Of a DNA stretch of 64,000 bases, positions 1-9,747 are shown piece by piece. The position numbers and the translations under genes are program-made. Position 1 is the stretch's first letter. Each line of letters begins with the position of its first letter. Source of the DNA: a virus; the IMG/VR virus record IMGVR_UViG_3300042544_003795, positions 106,054-170,053 of that record; one strand, written 5' to 3'. The notes beneath the pieces were generated by a model. That model saw only the letters and a program-made list of their open reading frames with translations. It had not been told where the DNA came from and ran no database searches.

Positions 1-784
1 AAACAATAGATTTTATATTTTTAATGTTTAAAGAATTTAAATCTAAAGGCTTTTTAGTGCTTATATCCGCTTTTGTTATATTTAAGATAGGAACAAGACA
101 CTCTTGATTATCAAAAATATCAAGACGTATATTAAAAGCTGTATTAACTAACTCTCTAGGAAAAAATCCGTCAGGAATAAAATTTAAAAATCTAGGACCA
201 TATTTTTCTCCAATATATAATGTTTTATAATTTACAGAATCTTGTATACCTATTTTATTTAAAATTGCATTAGCTATTATTTCCGGCTTTATAGTATTTA
301 TAGTCTTTGGCCATTCATCTTTTTTATAATTCCATCTCGCAGTTTTTAATTCTGGCTCAATATAAAGAACCTTATCAAAAGAAGGAACCACTACTTTGCT
401 AGGATAATTACTTCCGAGAAGGATTAAATCTTTATTATAAACTCTACATAATTTAGCAGTAAGCTGGTTAGATGTAACACAAAGTCTACTATTTTTAATT
501 ACATAAGCCAATTGTCTTACAGTTAAAGCTGATCTCAAATCCAAGGAACTTAAGACAGTGGGGTCTTCTTTATCTCCAACTTGAATGACTTCAATACCTG
601 TGATCCTTAAAAAATCAAGAATCATAGGAATGACTTCTGAACTGTAATCGTAAATTTGAGATTTCTTTTCAGAACCTGTTTGATATACTATATAATCAGA
701 AGGTACAGGATAGAAGTTTTCAGGGAAATCCTCTTCAGAAGTATAATCTTCTACTCCACAATGTTGAAATATTTTATTAAGCAT
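1..784 (-). CDS. GT9-like (heptosyltransferase-like) glycosyltransferase, runs off the left edge
   Basis: Not in the ORF track. Manual translation from ATG at 784 is open to the window edge: MLNKIFQHCG...YIVYQTGSEKKSQIYDY...IEVIQVGDKEDP...LDLRSALTVRQLAYVIKNSRLCVTSN, resembling the C-terminal Rossmann lobe of GT9 enzymes. Confidence 0.6.
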   Translation of the reverse strand, partial: MLNKIFQHCGVEDYTSEEDFPENFYPVPSDYIVYQTGSEKKSQIYDYSSEVIPMILDFLRITGIEVIQVGDKEDPTVLSSLDLRSALTVRQLAYVIKNSRLCVTSNQLTAKLCRVYNKDLILLGSNYPSKVVVPSFDKVLYIEPELKTARWNYKKDEWPKTINTIKPEIIANAILNKIGIQDSVNYKTLYIGEKYGPRFLNFIPDGFFPRELVNTAFNIRLDIFDNQECLVPILNITKADISTKKPLDLNSLNIKNIKSIV

Positions 785-785
785 A

Positions 786-2477
786 TTAAAAATTATTTTT
801 CATGAAATCTACGCAATTCCTTGTTATTTTTGGATGGAAAGCCATATCGAAAAAACCTTTATGATTCTCTATCCCCTCCATACCTAGGACATCATCTAAT
901 GCTGGACTACAAGGCATTGTTTTTTTAATAAAATCCAAGTGCTCAAACATTTGAGGAAATAATGTAGATACATAGTAATCCCATTCTGATTTAGGGAACT
1001 TTTTATGTAGCCTCTCTAGAACAGCAATAGAATCCACGCAATCTCCTAAATTGCCATCTTCTACATATAGAATTCTTTTTTTATCACTTTTATAATCTAT
1101 TATATCATCTATAGAAAGAGTTTTATTTTCTGGCTTCTCTTCTATTTTTTGATTAAAAGAAAAATCGTAATCAGTAAAAGGAAGATCATCTATAAACTTC
1201 TCAATTTTAGCGCAAATTTTATTACCATCAAAATTTTCTAAAGCCCATTGTCTTAGATTATATCCTTTTCGCTCTATTTCTTCTTTAGAAAGAGAAGTTA
1301 TCTTCTCCATAAATTCGACTATTGAAGATGGCAAGACTTGAGCTTTATCAAACTGAGAGCCGTGTTCTCTATACAAAGTAAAGTCGAGAGGGAAGACTTC
1401 AGGATTTACTGTAAAATTAGTACCATAAGAATAATTAGTAGTAGCAACAGGCAAACCACAGAACAAAGCTTCTAAAACAGGCATCTCAAATCCTCCACTT
1501 GTAGCTGGATGAATATAAGCATCGCACATATTGTACAATTCGCACAAATCTTCTTCTTCCACTCCTACAGAAACATTTGAAGTATTAACTTTTTTCTCTG
1601 ATTGACAATTTTGACAGTTCAATTCTTGACCAAAGAAAGGTTTAACAGATACATCCTTACAAGCAGAGCATACATAAGTAGTTAGAACATCCTCTCTTCT
1701 GACATTGAATCTCTCTAAGAATTCAGGAATACGCCATCCCTCTGACCAATTTGTATGTAAAAATAATTTACAATCAATTTCTGGATGAGCTTTCTTAAAA
1801 ATAGAAAAAGCTTCGATAAGTGTACCTACAAGCTTTCTTAACTGATTTCTAAAAACAAAACCAAATACAAAAGTATTATCTGCTACTCCGAATTTTCTTC
1901 GAACAGCTTTCTTTTCTTCTTTTGATAGAATTTTAAAATTCTTATCCTCAATAAGAGCTGGCATATACTCAGAATCTACTCCCTGCTCTGCCAAAGCATC
2001 TTTCGCAAATTGAGCTTTAACCCAGAGGTTTCCAAATTTATCTTTTTGATCTTTAAAAACTCTTAGCAAAGGAAGAGAATCAATAGGAGTCCAAAAAACA
2101 TGTGGGAACTTATTGATCCACGGTTTATCAAAATAAGGCATACCCCATATATCTTCTAACATTATTAAAGCATCTGGCTTTTCTGTTTCAAGAACTCGAT
2201 TTATATTATATTCCCCATACTGAATAGCTTGCATTTTAGATGCATCACCTCGAAACTGATCTAGCTCTCTAGGATTGTCTGGTAGACACCCGTAACATTT
2301 CCAAGGCATTGACTTGCAAATATTATCACTCCAAGTAAAAGATCCTCCTGCGTACTCTACTAATTCATATTTACCTGTCTTAAAAAGATAAGACAATAAA
2401 AATTTCATATGTCTACCAAAACCTGTATTGGCTAAACATGAATTAGAGTGTAATACTACTTTTTTCTTTCTTTGCAT
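786..2477 (-). CDS. GT4-family glycosyltransferase with Cys4 insertion
   Basis: N-terminal TGFGRH; RNQLRK; LYNMCDAYIHPATSGGFEMPVLEALFCGLPV (GT-B/GT4 E-x7-E-like motif); CSAC...CQNC insert; C-terminal GNLGD segment. Confidence 0.8.
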   Translation of the reverse strand: MQRKKKVVLHSNSCLANTGFGRHMKFLLSYLFKTGKYELVEYAGGSFTWSDNICKSMPWKCYGCLPDNPRELDQFRGDASKMQAIQYGEYNINRVLETEKPDALIMLEDIWGMPYFDKPWINKFPHVFWTPIDSLPLLRVFKDQKDKFGNLWVKAQFAKDALAEQGVDSEYMPALIEDKNFKILSKEEKKAVRRKFGVADNTFVFGFVFRNQLRKLVGTLIEAFSIFKKAHPEIDCKLFLHTNWSEGWRIPEFLERFNVRREDVLTTYVCSACKDVSVKPFFGQELNCQNCQSEKKVNTSNVSVGVEEEDLCELYNMCDAYIHPATSGGFEMPVLEALFCGLPVATTNYSYGTNFTVNPEVFPLDFTLYREHGSQFDKAQVLPSSIVEFMEKITSLSKEEIERKGYNLRQWALENFDGNKICAKIEKFIDDLPFTDYDFSFNQKIEEKPENKTLSIDDIIDYKSDKKRILYVEDGNLGDCVDSIAVLERLHKKFPKSEWDYYVSTLFPQMFEHLDFIKKTMPCSPALDDVLGMEGIENHKGFFDMAFHPKITRNCVDFMKNNF

Positions 2478-2502
2478 TTGATTGTATTGTTTAAATATTT
2501 AT

Positions 2503-2538
2503 AAAAAAAGGCCGCTCACTTAAAAAGTGAGAAGCCTT
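2503..2538 (-). terminator. Intrinsic terminator after putative SSB gene
   Basis: Minus strand AAGGCTTCTCACTT-TTT-AAGTGAGCGGCC followed by a T7 tract. Confidence 0.65.
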
Positions 2539-2560
2539 GAATATTTTACTTAACTAAACA

Positions 2561-3193
2561 TTAAAAAGGGATTTCTTCTTCAGCTTCCCAACTTTCAGAT
2601 TCATCAGAAGCAAAAGATTTAGTTTCTGTTTCTTCAGAGGCTTTAGTAGGATTTAATTTAATCCGTTCATTAAGGATTTTAATTTGATCTACGAAAAACA
2701 AATCAATCTTAGTAAAATCTCTAATAATTTTTCCCTTGAAAGAAATTTCTTCTGGAGAAGGAAGCTCTGAAGATTCAAACTTCCAAGTCACCTTCTCATC
2801 ATTTTGAGTAACATAATACGAGTCATACCCAGCTTTGGACAAGTAGTATCGAATAGAGATATTTTCAAAAGATTCTAAATTAAAAAATGAATTAAGAAGG
2901 CTTCGAGTCGCAATATTCATTCGGAAAGGAACAAGATAAGCTTCATCTTTATCTTTAATTATAGCCTTGACTCTAAAGTACTTGTCTCCCTTATACTCCT
3001 CTTCTACAGCTTCAATCTTAAATATAGAGCCAGATATAGAATTTATAGAGTTATCTGTGGATGGAACCCATTTATTTGTAACTGCATCTTTAGATGAGAC
3101 TTCAAAGAAAGGTTTAACACTTTCGCCATTTATTTTAGAAACTGGCTTAAGAATTAAAAGCGTTCCAGTTTTTTCGTTTTTATTGCCTAACAT
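2561..3193 (-). CDS. Putative single-stranded DNA-binding protein
   Basis: Beta-rich core, acidic tail ending EEEIPF (like bacterial SSB DDDIPF), located next to the replication genes. Confidence 0.6.
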   Translation of the reverse strand: MLGNKNEKTGTLLILKPVSKINGESVKPFFEVSSKDAVTNKWVPSTDNSINSISGSIFKIEAVEEEYKGDKYFRVKAIIKDKDEAYLVPFRMNIATRSLLNSFFNLESFENISIRYYLSKAGYDSYYVTQNDEKVTWKFESSELPSPEEISFKGKIIRDFTKIDLFFVDQIKILNERIKLNPTKASEETETKSFASDESESWEAEEEIPF

Positions 3194-3291
3194 TCGAGTA
3201 TTTTTTTATTTGTTTGGTTTGTTTTTGGAAAGAGACTTTCGTCTCAAAATTTTTGTATATTAATATTACATTCTAAAATGAAAAATGTTTC

Positions 3292-3555
3292 TTAAGCTTT
3301 AAAAATATGTTCCATTCCATTTTCAAGAATGAAATCAAAAAGCTCTAGTACTTCTTCTGAAAAGTTATTTTGATTTTCATCATCTATAGAAGAAATATAT
3401 TTATCATATATTAAGTACATCAAGGAGGCTACCCATAAAGCATCAAAATTATGACTTTTTTCGTCTTTTATAAAAGGTAACCATGTTTCATTTTTTTTAG
3501 AAAGAATTTGACCTATGGAAAGTAAAACTTCTAAAGAATTTTTATCTACACTCAT
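3292..3555 (-). CDS. Hypothetical protein (paralog of 3571..3936)
   Basis: ORF track; shares a helical pattern with the adjacent gene. Confidence 0.55.
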   Translation of the reverse strand: MSVDKNSLEVLLSIGQILSKKNETWLPFIKDEKSHNFDALWVASLMYLIYDKYISSIDDENQNNFSEEVLELFDFILENGMEHIFKA

Positions 3556-3570
3556 AGGTATATTTATTCC

Positions 3571-3936
3571 TTAATTACCGTCAGATTCTGGCTGATCAGT
3601 AGCGATATCTTCTTCGTCAAGAGTTTCTTCTCCTTTCAAAGACTCAATAAATTTTTGCACAACATCTATAGCAAAACTTTCACGTTCATCTTCAGGAACC
3701 ATAGAACAATAAGAATTTAAAATTAAATGTATTAGTGCAACTACAATTTCCGAATTAAACGAATGAGGGTCTACATAGTCAAAAAAAGCAGATGAAGCGT
3801 CTTCTCCAGAAGCCTTGAATAATACTCTAAATAGAGTTTTAGTATCAGTGGTAATGGTCGGCTCCGATGTTTCAGTGTTCAACTCTTCGTTGATAATTTC
3901 AGCGTCTAAGATTTCTTCATTCATATTATTATTCAT
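3571..3936 (-). CDS. Hypothetical acidic protein
   Basis: ORF track; overlaps the dnaE stop. Confidence 0.55.
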   Translation of the reverse strand: MNNNMNEEILDAEIINEELNTETSEPTITTDTKTLFRVLFKASGEDASSAFFDYVDPHSFNSEIVVALIHLILNSYCSMVPEDERESFAIDVVQKFIESLKGEETLDEEDIATDQPESDGN

Positions 3937-6499
3937 TTTCTTCTATATTTTTTAATTCCGAGAGTTTCGTGTAAGCTTTATGGTTTTGGATTTCCATATG
4001 ATTTATCCAAAGTATATCTTCCCCTTTCTCTCCTGTTATATACAATATATCTTCCTCTTTTGGTGCTTCAGCTTGTTTTAAATATTTCGCTAATTTATCA
4101 CCTAGTAACATAGCATAGTTTGAACCAGTCTCATCAAAAATTTTCATTTTTAGATAAATATTACCACTTTTACTTTTACCTTGAAGAATATCTTTTACAA
4201 TACAAGTAAGCTCAAAAGAACCTTTAAGGCGAACGTATTTATCAATTTCATCTAAATTCCTAATCATAGGATTCAAGTCTCCAAAAACCATTTTCATGGT
4301 AGTCGAATAAGAGAATCCGAGAAGCATTCTTTCATAAAAGAATGAAGCTAATAATTCATTTCGACTATTAAGATTATATATTTTAAAATATCCTATAGAA
4401 TTTTTTCTGATAGTACTTAAACGAGAATCTTTTGTAAACTTTTTGCCATTAGAATCTATCCAATTCAGATAATCTTTAAGCATAATAACAAGATCAGAAT
4501 TATATTTATGCTCATTATTTATACAAAAGATTTTCTCTTTAGGAGTTAAGAGATTCCACAGTTGAGCTTCTAAAACTTTTTTAGATCTATCTTTAATAGA
4601 ATGTCCTAGAGCACCGCTTTGAATGAGAGAAGAAAGAATCCCAATACCTAACCTTGCATCCTTTGCAGAATTATAAAGTTTAAAATCAGAATCTATATCA
4701 GAAGATATGAAACTTTTAAGCTTTTCTATACTCTTGTCTGAGATACCTTTAATCTCTCCCAATCCGAATCTGATATTTTTACCCTCAATAGAAAAAGCTA
4801 ATCCACTTTTAGCAACATTCGGAGGTAGAAGTTCAATTCCGAAATGAGGAAGTTCATGCTGAATAAGCTGAAACTGTTCTAGGAAATCGCCTCTAGTAGC
4901 AGCTATCTTTAGACAGGCCAGAAAAAACTGTTGAGGATATTTATGTTTTAGATAAACCGTTGAGGCTGCGATAGTTGCATAAGAAAAGCTGTGGCTTTTG
5001 TTGAACGAATAATTTGCAGAATCTTCAAGAATCTTCCACAACAACTCTGGAATCTCTTTATTTAAACCATTCTTCTCGCAGGTTTCAAAGATGACATCTT
5101 TCCACTTGGCCATGTCTTTTATCTTCTTCTTACCAATGCATTTTCTGATGACCTCCCCGTCAGCTTTTGTTAAGCCAATCTTCTCACACATCTGCATCGT
5201 ACTTTCTTGATACAAAGCTAAAGAGGCAGTGGACTTCAATAATTCGTCGAAAAATGGATGAATAGATTCATTTTTCCCTTCATTGACGAATTGAGCATAT
5301 CTGTCCACAAACTGCAATGCTCCGGGTCTAGCGAGTGCTGTAACAGCAGCTAGATGATCCATATTCTTTGGCTTTACCTTATTTACTACTCCTAAGTTAC
5401 AATCTCCACTAATTTGGAAAAGACCATAAGGATACTTCACATCTTGAAGATTCTTAAAAACATTATCATAATTTATTTCAAAATCTTTTGGATCTAAATC
5501 TAAATTAGAACAAACTTCATTGATAATACCAACAGCTTTCAATCCCAACAAATCAAGTTTGATATTATCAAGCTGAGCATAATCCATATCATAAGTCGTA
5601 ACCATTTCTCCTTCGCCCATTTCGCATGGGATAGAATCAATCAACTTATTATAAGACACTATATAAGCACTCGCATGAGAGCCTTTAGAACAATTTAGTT
5701 CTGCAAGTTTCAGAGCTATCTTATAAGCCTTTGGATTATCTTTGACAAATTGAGCAAAAGAAGGAACCTCTTCTACAGCTTTCTTCAAGGAATGAACCTT
5801 CCCAAATAGAGAAGGGATCTGTGCAGAAATCTCAAGACTTTGCTGTTCAGAATATCCCAAAACAATTTTACAAACTTCCTTAATACATTTTCTACTTTGT
5901 AATGTGCTATGAGTAGATATTTTGCAAAAGTATCCATTATATTTTTCTTTTAGAATTTCAATTAATTTTTCACGTTTCGAATCTTCGATATCTAGATCAA
6001 TGTCGGCAGCATCAGAATAATATTTAACGCCATCAACAATATTTGGAGTTGTTCTAGATGGAGAAAGAAACCTTTCGAAGAAAAGCCCGTTCTCTACAGG
6101 GTCTACATCTGTCACCTCTAGACAGTAGAGAACTAAGCTTGATGCGGCGCTGCCTCTTCCCGGCCCTACAGCGATCTTATTCTTCTTGGCTATATTGACT
6201 ACATCCCATACCATTAATAAATAATCTACAAAATCTGTGGGTGAAATTACCCCCATCTCATAAGACAATCTATCTCTATAGGATTTTTCCTTTTTAGGAT
6301 CAATGTCATTTTTTAATCTTTTCTCAAATCCTCTTTCGACTAACAAATTAAAAAGCTCTAGACTTGTTAGGTCTGATCCATTTAAATTAAAAGGAAGATC
6401 TAGGGCAGAATAATCCTCCTTACTTAAACAGAATTTAGGCAATCTAATACCGTGGATATTAAGATCTATATTTTCGAATTGATCTAAAAAGAATAACAT
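3929..6499 (-). CDS. dnaE: DNA polymerase III alpha (C-family) catalytic core lacking the N-terminal PHP domain
   Basis: GPGRGSAASSLVLY, FFERFL, DIDLD, KLDLLGL, FQIS, RPGA, YSFNKSHS, IRFGLGEIKGI and a C-terminal OB fold. Confidence 0.92.
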   Translation of the reverse strand: MLFFLDQFENIDLNIHGIRLPKFCLSKEDYSALDLPFNLNGSDLTSLELFNLLVERGFEKRLKNDIDPKKEKSYRDRLSYEMGVISPTDFVDYLLMVWDVVNIAKKNKIAVGPGRGSAASSLVLYCLEVTDVDPVENGLFFERFLSPSRTTPNIVDGVKYYSDAADIDLDIEDSKREKLIEILKEKYNGYFCKISTHSTLQSRKCIKEVCKIVLGYSEQQSLEISAQIPSLFGKVHSLKKAVEEVPSFAQFVKDNPKAYKIALKLAELNCSKGSHASAYIVSYNKLIDSIPCEMGEGEMVTTYDMDYAQLDNIKLDLLGLKAVGIINEVCSNLDLDPKDFEINYDNVFKNLQDVKYPYGLFQISGDCNLGVVNKVKPKNMDHLAAVTALARPGALQFVDRYAQFVNEGKNESIHPFFDELLKSTASLALYQESTMQMCEKIGLTKADGEVIRKCIGKKKIKDMAKWKDVIFETCEKNGLNKEIPELLWKILEDSANYSFNKSHSFSYATIAASTVYLKHKYPQQFFLACLKIAATRGDFLEQFQLIQHELPHFGIELLPPNVAKSGLAFSIEGKNIRFGLGEIKGISDKSIEKLKSFISSDIDSDFKLYNSAKDARLGIGILSSLIQSGALGHSIKDRSKKVLEAQLWNLLTPKEKIFCINNEHKYNSDLVIMLKDYLNWIDSNGKKFTKDSRLSTIRKNSIGYFKIYNLNSRNELLASFFYERMLLGFSYSTTMKMVFGDLNPMIRNLDEIDKYVRLKGSFELTCIVKDILQGKSKSGNIYLKMKIFDETGSNYAMLLGDKLAKYLKQAEAPKEEDILYITGEKGEDILWINHMEIQNHKAYTKLSELKNIEENE

Positions 6500-6502
6500 A
6501 AA

Positions 6503-7123
6503 TTAAGATTCCTGAAAATTGTAAGCAAGTTTTTTAAATATCTGAGCAGTCAAATAACAATCATAGTCACCTTGGTGAGTTCTAGATGCATCTATTTCGA
6601 TTCCCCATTCATTACACAAATAAGTGACATTACTTTTCAATCCTCTTTTAATAAAATTAGCCCAACGAGTTTGCCATGCATCAAAATTATCATAATCAGG
6701 CTTTGCCCCTGAAAGATAAGCTTTAGCTAAAGCATTCGTATCGACAACTCTTTTTACCCATTCGAAATCAATAGGCTTGCCAATTTCCCTAAACCAGTTT
6801 CGAATTTGATAAGCGTCGAAATTTAGTCCATTATGAAAACCTAGCAAGTCTTCTCCAAAAAACCAAGGGGATATTTCTTCATAAACCTTCTTCGGACATA
6901 GAGCTTTCTTTTCATACTCTTTAAAATTAAAACCTGTAATTTCAGCTGCCCTAGGATTAACATTCAAATCTTCCCACCACAGATATCTAGATTGACTATC
7001 TAGAATCTTTCCATTCTCCATGATAACCCAAGCAAACTCCCATGGCCGAGAAGTGTTAAGATTAAGTCCTTCTGTTTCTGTATCAGCAAAATAAATGCGC
7101 TGATTGATATCTAGTTTATTCAT
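6503..7123 (-). CDS. DEDDh 3'-5' exonuclease (DnaQ/epsilon-like)
   Basis: ExoI DTETEG, ExoII HNGLNFD, ExoIII HQGDYDC. Confidence 0.85.
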   Translation of the reverse strand: MNKLDINQRIYFADTETEGLNLNTSRPWEFAWVIMENGKILDSQSRYLWWEDLNVNPRAAEITGFNFKEYEKKALCPKKVYEEISPWFFGEDLLGFHNGLNFDAYQIRNWFREIGKPIDFEWVKRVVDTNALAKAYLSGAKPDYDNFDAWQTRWANFIKRGLKSNVTYLCNEWGIEIDASRTHQGDYDCYLTAQIFKKLAYNFQES

Positions 7124-7350
7124 ATTTGGTTTAAAAAATCTATTTTCTTTTCAAGTTTTTTGATAATAGCTTTAGCTTCTTTTCTTTCTATTAGAAGAGG
7201 ATCACAGAATGAAATTTCCCCATCCTCAGTTATACAATCGTAAATAGGCGTTCCATCTTGATAAACGATTTCAACGACTTTTCCAACTCTACAGCTATCT
7301 CCAAAAAAGATTTTGGTTTTAACAAAGTCACCTTCTTTTATTGTTTGCAT
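7120..7350 (-). CDS. Small hypothetical protein (SH3/KOW-like)
   Basis: IKEGDFVK...VGKVVEI pattern; translationally coupled to neighbours. Confidence 0.45.
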   Translation of the reverse strand: MQTIKEGDFVKTKIFFGDSCRVGKVVEIVYQDGTPIYDCITEDGEISFCDPLLIERKEAKAIIKKLEKKIDFLNQI

Positions 7351-7352
7351 AT

Positions 7353-8114
7353 TTATTTTTTATTTTCTAGAAATGATTCCCAACAAAACTCCCTAGAAGA
7401 CATATGATCAAATCCGGGATTGTCAAGTGTTCTTCCTGATCCAAATTGTTTTCTATTCAAGCACTTCAAAGTAAGAAAGGCTTCGTAATCACTTCTATTT
7501 TTATAATAAATACTTTTAACCTCTTCTGTCTTAAAGTTATTCATCTTAGCAAAAAGAAGAGCAGCTTCTCTAATTAGATAATCAAAAGGTAGATTATTAT
7601 CCTCAAGAAAAACTGTAGGGTTAATCTTTTTTAATTCAGGAATACAAAGAGATCCTTGTAATAGATTTTTATGGAGGAAAGAATCATAAAAAGGAATAGC
7701 TAATGCTAAATCTTCGCTCCAAAGAGAATGCAAGTCAGAATAAGAAAGTCTTGCCTCCTTGTTGAAATTATTATAAGCCGCCATAGTAGAAAGCTTAATC
7801 AAAGCCTTATAACCATTAAAATTCTTTGGAAAAATAATATTTTTGTGAGAAGATAAAGAGGTTTCTTCCGAAGAGCTGTTAATGAAGGAAACTCTTAAGC
7901 CAAAAATAAGTTTAATTTTTGAATCTTTACAGGCTTGTAACGCAGCTACGAATCCAGCCATTGTATCCTCTACAAGACATAATTCTTTTAGATTATTCTC
8001 AACAGCAATATTTATAATACTATCTGATAGATCAGTATCTTTATTCTTCTCGTAAGGATCGAGAGTTAATATACTACGTAAAATAGAGTAGTGACTCTTA
8101 AAAAGAGGAATCAT
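7353..8114 (-). CDS. Stand-alone PHP domain of DnaE
   Basis: KSHYSIL, LCLVEDTMAGFV, IKLIFGL, KNFNGYKALIKLST, YYKNRSDYEAF match the DnaE N-terminal PHP domain. Confidence 0.8.
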   Translation of the reverse strand: MIPLFKSHYSILRSILTLDPYEKNKDTDLSDSIINIAVENNLKELCLVEDTMAGFVAALQACKDSKIKLIFGLRVSFINSSSEETSLSSHKNIIFPKNFNGYKALIKLSTMAAYNNFNKEARLSYSDLHSLWSEDLALAIPFYDSFLHKNLLQGSLCIPELKKINPTVFLEDNNLPFDYLIREAALLFAKMNNFKTEEVKSIYYKNRSDYEAFLTLKCLNRKQFGSGRTLDNPGFDHMSSREFCWESFLENKK

Positions 8115-8138
8115 TTGTAAGTAATTTAAATAAAAAGC

Positions 8139-9080
8139 TTAATTAAATTTAGGACAGCCGGAGTGCTTTCTCTGAACTATAGTATAGCCCAAAGCTACAT
8201 AACTATCAAGTTCTTTTTTAAAATAAGCAGATTTAGAAGGTAAGCCTTCTTTAACAGCTTCAAAATACAAGAAGGGAGCTTTATATTCACAAACCCAAAC
8301 AGGTGATCCGTCTTCCTTATAAGTAAAAGGTTCTTTACCACAAAGCCATTTGCGTTTAAAATCTCCAGCAGCTGTATTAGCTAAAGCTTTCTCTAATCCA
8401 AAATCTTGCAAATATCCTGATATATATTCAAGGTAATGCTCGAAAGCTTCTATCTGACTCAAAGAAAACTCCATCTTAATATATGGATTCTTTCGGAATT
8501 TAAGGAAAAGAAATTCTACAGTTATTTTTTTTCCGGGATAAAGTTTAGAAGCCACTAATGCATAAATTAATGCTTGGATATTAAAATCCATATCTTCTGA
8601 ACCTTTTGAAAATTTAGATTTAGAAGATTTAAAATCTAAAATTCTAATATGATCTTCATAAATAAATAATCTATCTATAAAACCATAAATCCAATATTTA
8701 CCATTATTTATATTGAATTCATATTCTGTCTCGTATTTCTCACAGCCTTTTCCGTGGAAATCATTTTCTAAACCGGTTACCAAAAACCCGTTTATTTTTT
8801 CATAATTTTCAGAAGAATCTACCTCTTCTTTTTTAAGCCACTTAGAAGCAAGTCTATGAAGACATGGCAACGATAATGGCCTTCCGCAAGTAAGAGCTTG
8901 ACTCACCTTTTCTTTCCTTTTCGGATGAGCCAAACATTCTAAAATAATGTGAGTTATTCCTCCCAGTTTTGAACCAGTGTTCCCCTTTGAAGGTAAGCCA
9001 CAGTTATATTTTAAATATGCAAGATAAGAACAACTACTATAAGATTTTATTTTGCTTGCGGAAAGCCTAGGAAGTGACAT
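8139..9080 (-). CDS. PD-(D/E)XK exonuclease (RecB/AddB/Cas4-like)
   Basis: LSASKIKSYSSC, GGITHIILE, GFIDRL, ILDFKSS, QALIY, plus C-terminal Cys residues. Confidence 0.8.
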   Translation of the reverse strand: MSLPRLSASKIKSYSSCSYLAYLKYNCGLPSKGNTGSKLGGITHIILECLAHPKRKEKVSQALTCGRPLSLPCLHRLASKWLKKEEVDSSENYEKINGFLVTGLENDFHGKGCEKYETEYEFNINNGKYWIYGFIDRLFIYEDHIRILDFKSSKSKFSKGSEDMDFNIQALIYALVASKLYPGKKITVEFLFLKFRKNPYIKMEFSLSQIEAFEHYLEYISGYLQDFGLEKALANTAAGDFKRKWLCGKEPFTYKEDGSPVWVCEYKAPFLYFEAVKEGLPSKSAYFKKELDSYVALGYTIVQRKHSGCPKFN

Positions 9081-9081
9081 T

Positions 9082-9687
9082 TTAATTTTCGATTAGATTC
9101 CAGAGAGTGTCATCAAACAATGATGATTTTACTAGAGTCTTTATATCAGAGTCTTTGGGTTTGTCTCCTGAATATTTCACTTTTCCGCCTCTTTTTTTGT
9201 ATTCCTTCAAAACAAATAGATTTTTTACATAAGAATTTTTTTCTCCAAATTTTCTATCTGCGACTTCCTTTACTTGGGAATACTTTTCCTTGTCCAAATA
9301 CTCAACTTCAGCGAATGAGAACTCAATAGGTTCTTCTTTGGCATTTTCAAGATCTCTATCTAGAGCGATTATTTCTTCTTGAGATGGAAGATTATCAAAA
9401 TCAAAATGATCTTCTTCCGATCCTACAATTTGACTAACTGGCTTATCTGACCACATTTTACATGACCAATAATTAGCTTTGTATTTAGGTCCGGGATTAT
9501 CACAATTATGTCTGGCTCTATAATTGCTTCTACGCTCAGGATCATCTCTTTTGATTGACATATTCGGATCACCGAATTTTACAATGACAACACTACCTTT
9601 GTCATTTTTTACGTACACACCAAATTTTTTAGCACTTCCACCCGGAAGTCTGAATGGTTTATTTAAGGTTTTATTTTCGTTTTTCAT
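9082..9687 (-). CDS. Conserved viral two-domain protein of unknown function
   Basis: KKFGVYV...VKFGDPNM...RARHNC...ANYWSC domain plus KEVADRKF...EYKKRGG domain; both resemble recurrent phage/giant-virus hypothetical families. Confidence 0.6.
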   Translation of the reverse strand: MKNENKTLNKPFRLPGGSAKKFGVYVKNDKGSVVIVKFGDPNMSIKRDDPERRSNYRARHNCDNPGPKYKANYWSCKMWSDKPVSQIVGSEEDHFDFDNLPSQEEIIALDRDLENAKEEPIEFSFAEVEYLDKEKYSQVKEVADRKFGEKNSYVKNLFVLKEYKKRGGKVKYSGDKPKDSDIKTLVKSSLFDDTLWNLIEN

Positions 9688-9747
9688 ATTTAATGCTAAT
9701 TATACTGTATACACCAAAAGGATGAACTAAAAAACTTGTAGATTTTT

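Noticed and set aside
3929-8114. Split intein joining the PHP and DnaE core
   Set aside because: No Cys/Ser-initiated N-intein or HN-terminated C-intein sequence is visible at either break.
8139-9080. Cas4-like nuclease as evidence of a CRISPR-Cas system
   Set aside because: No cas1/cas2 or array is present; stand-alone PD-(D/E)XK exonucleases are common in phage replication modules.
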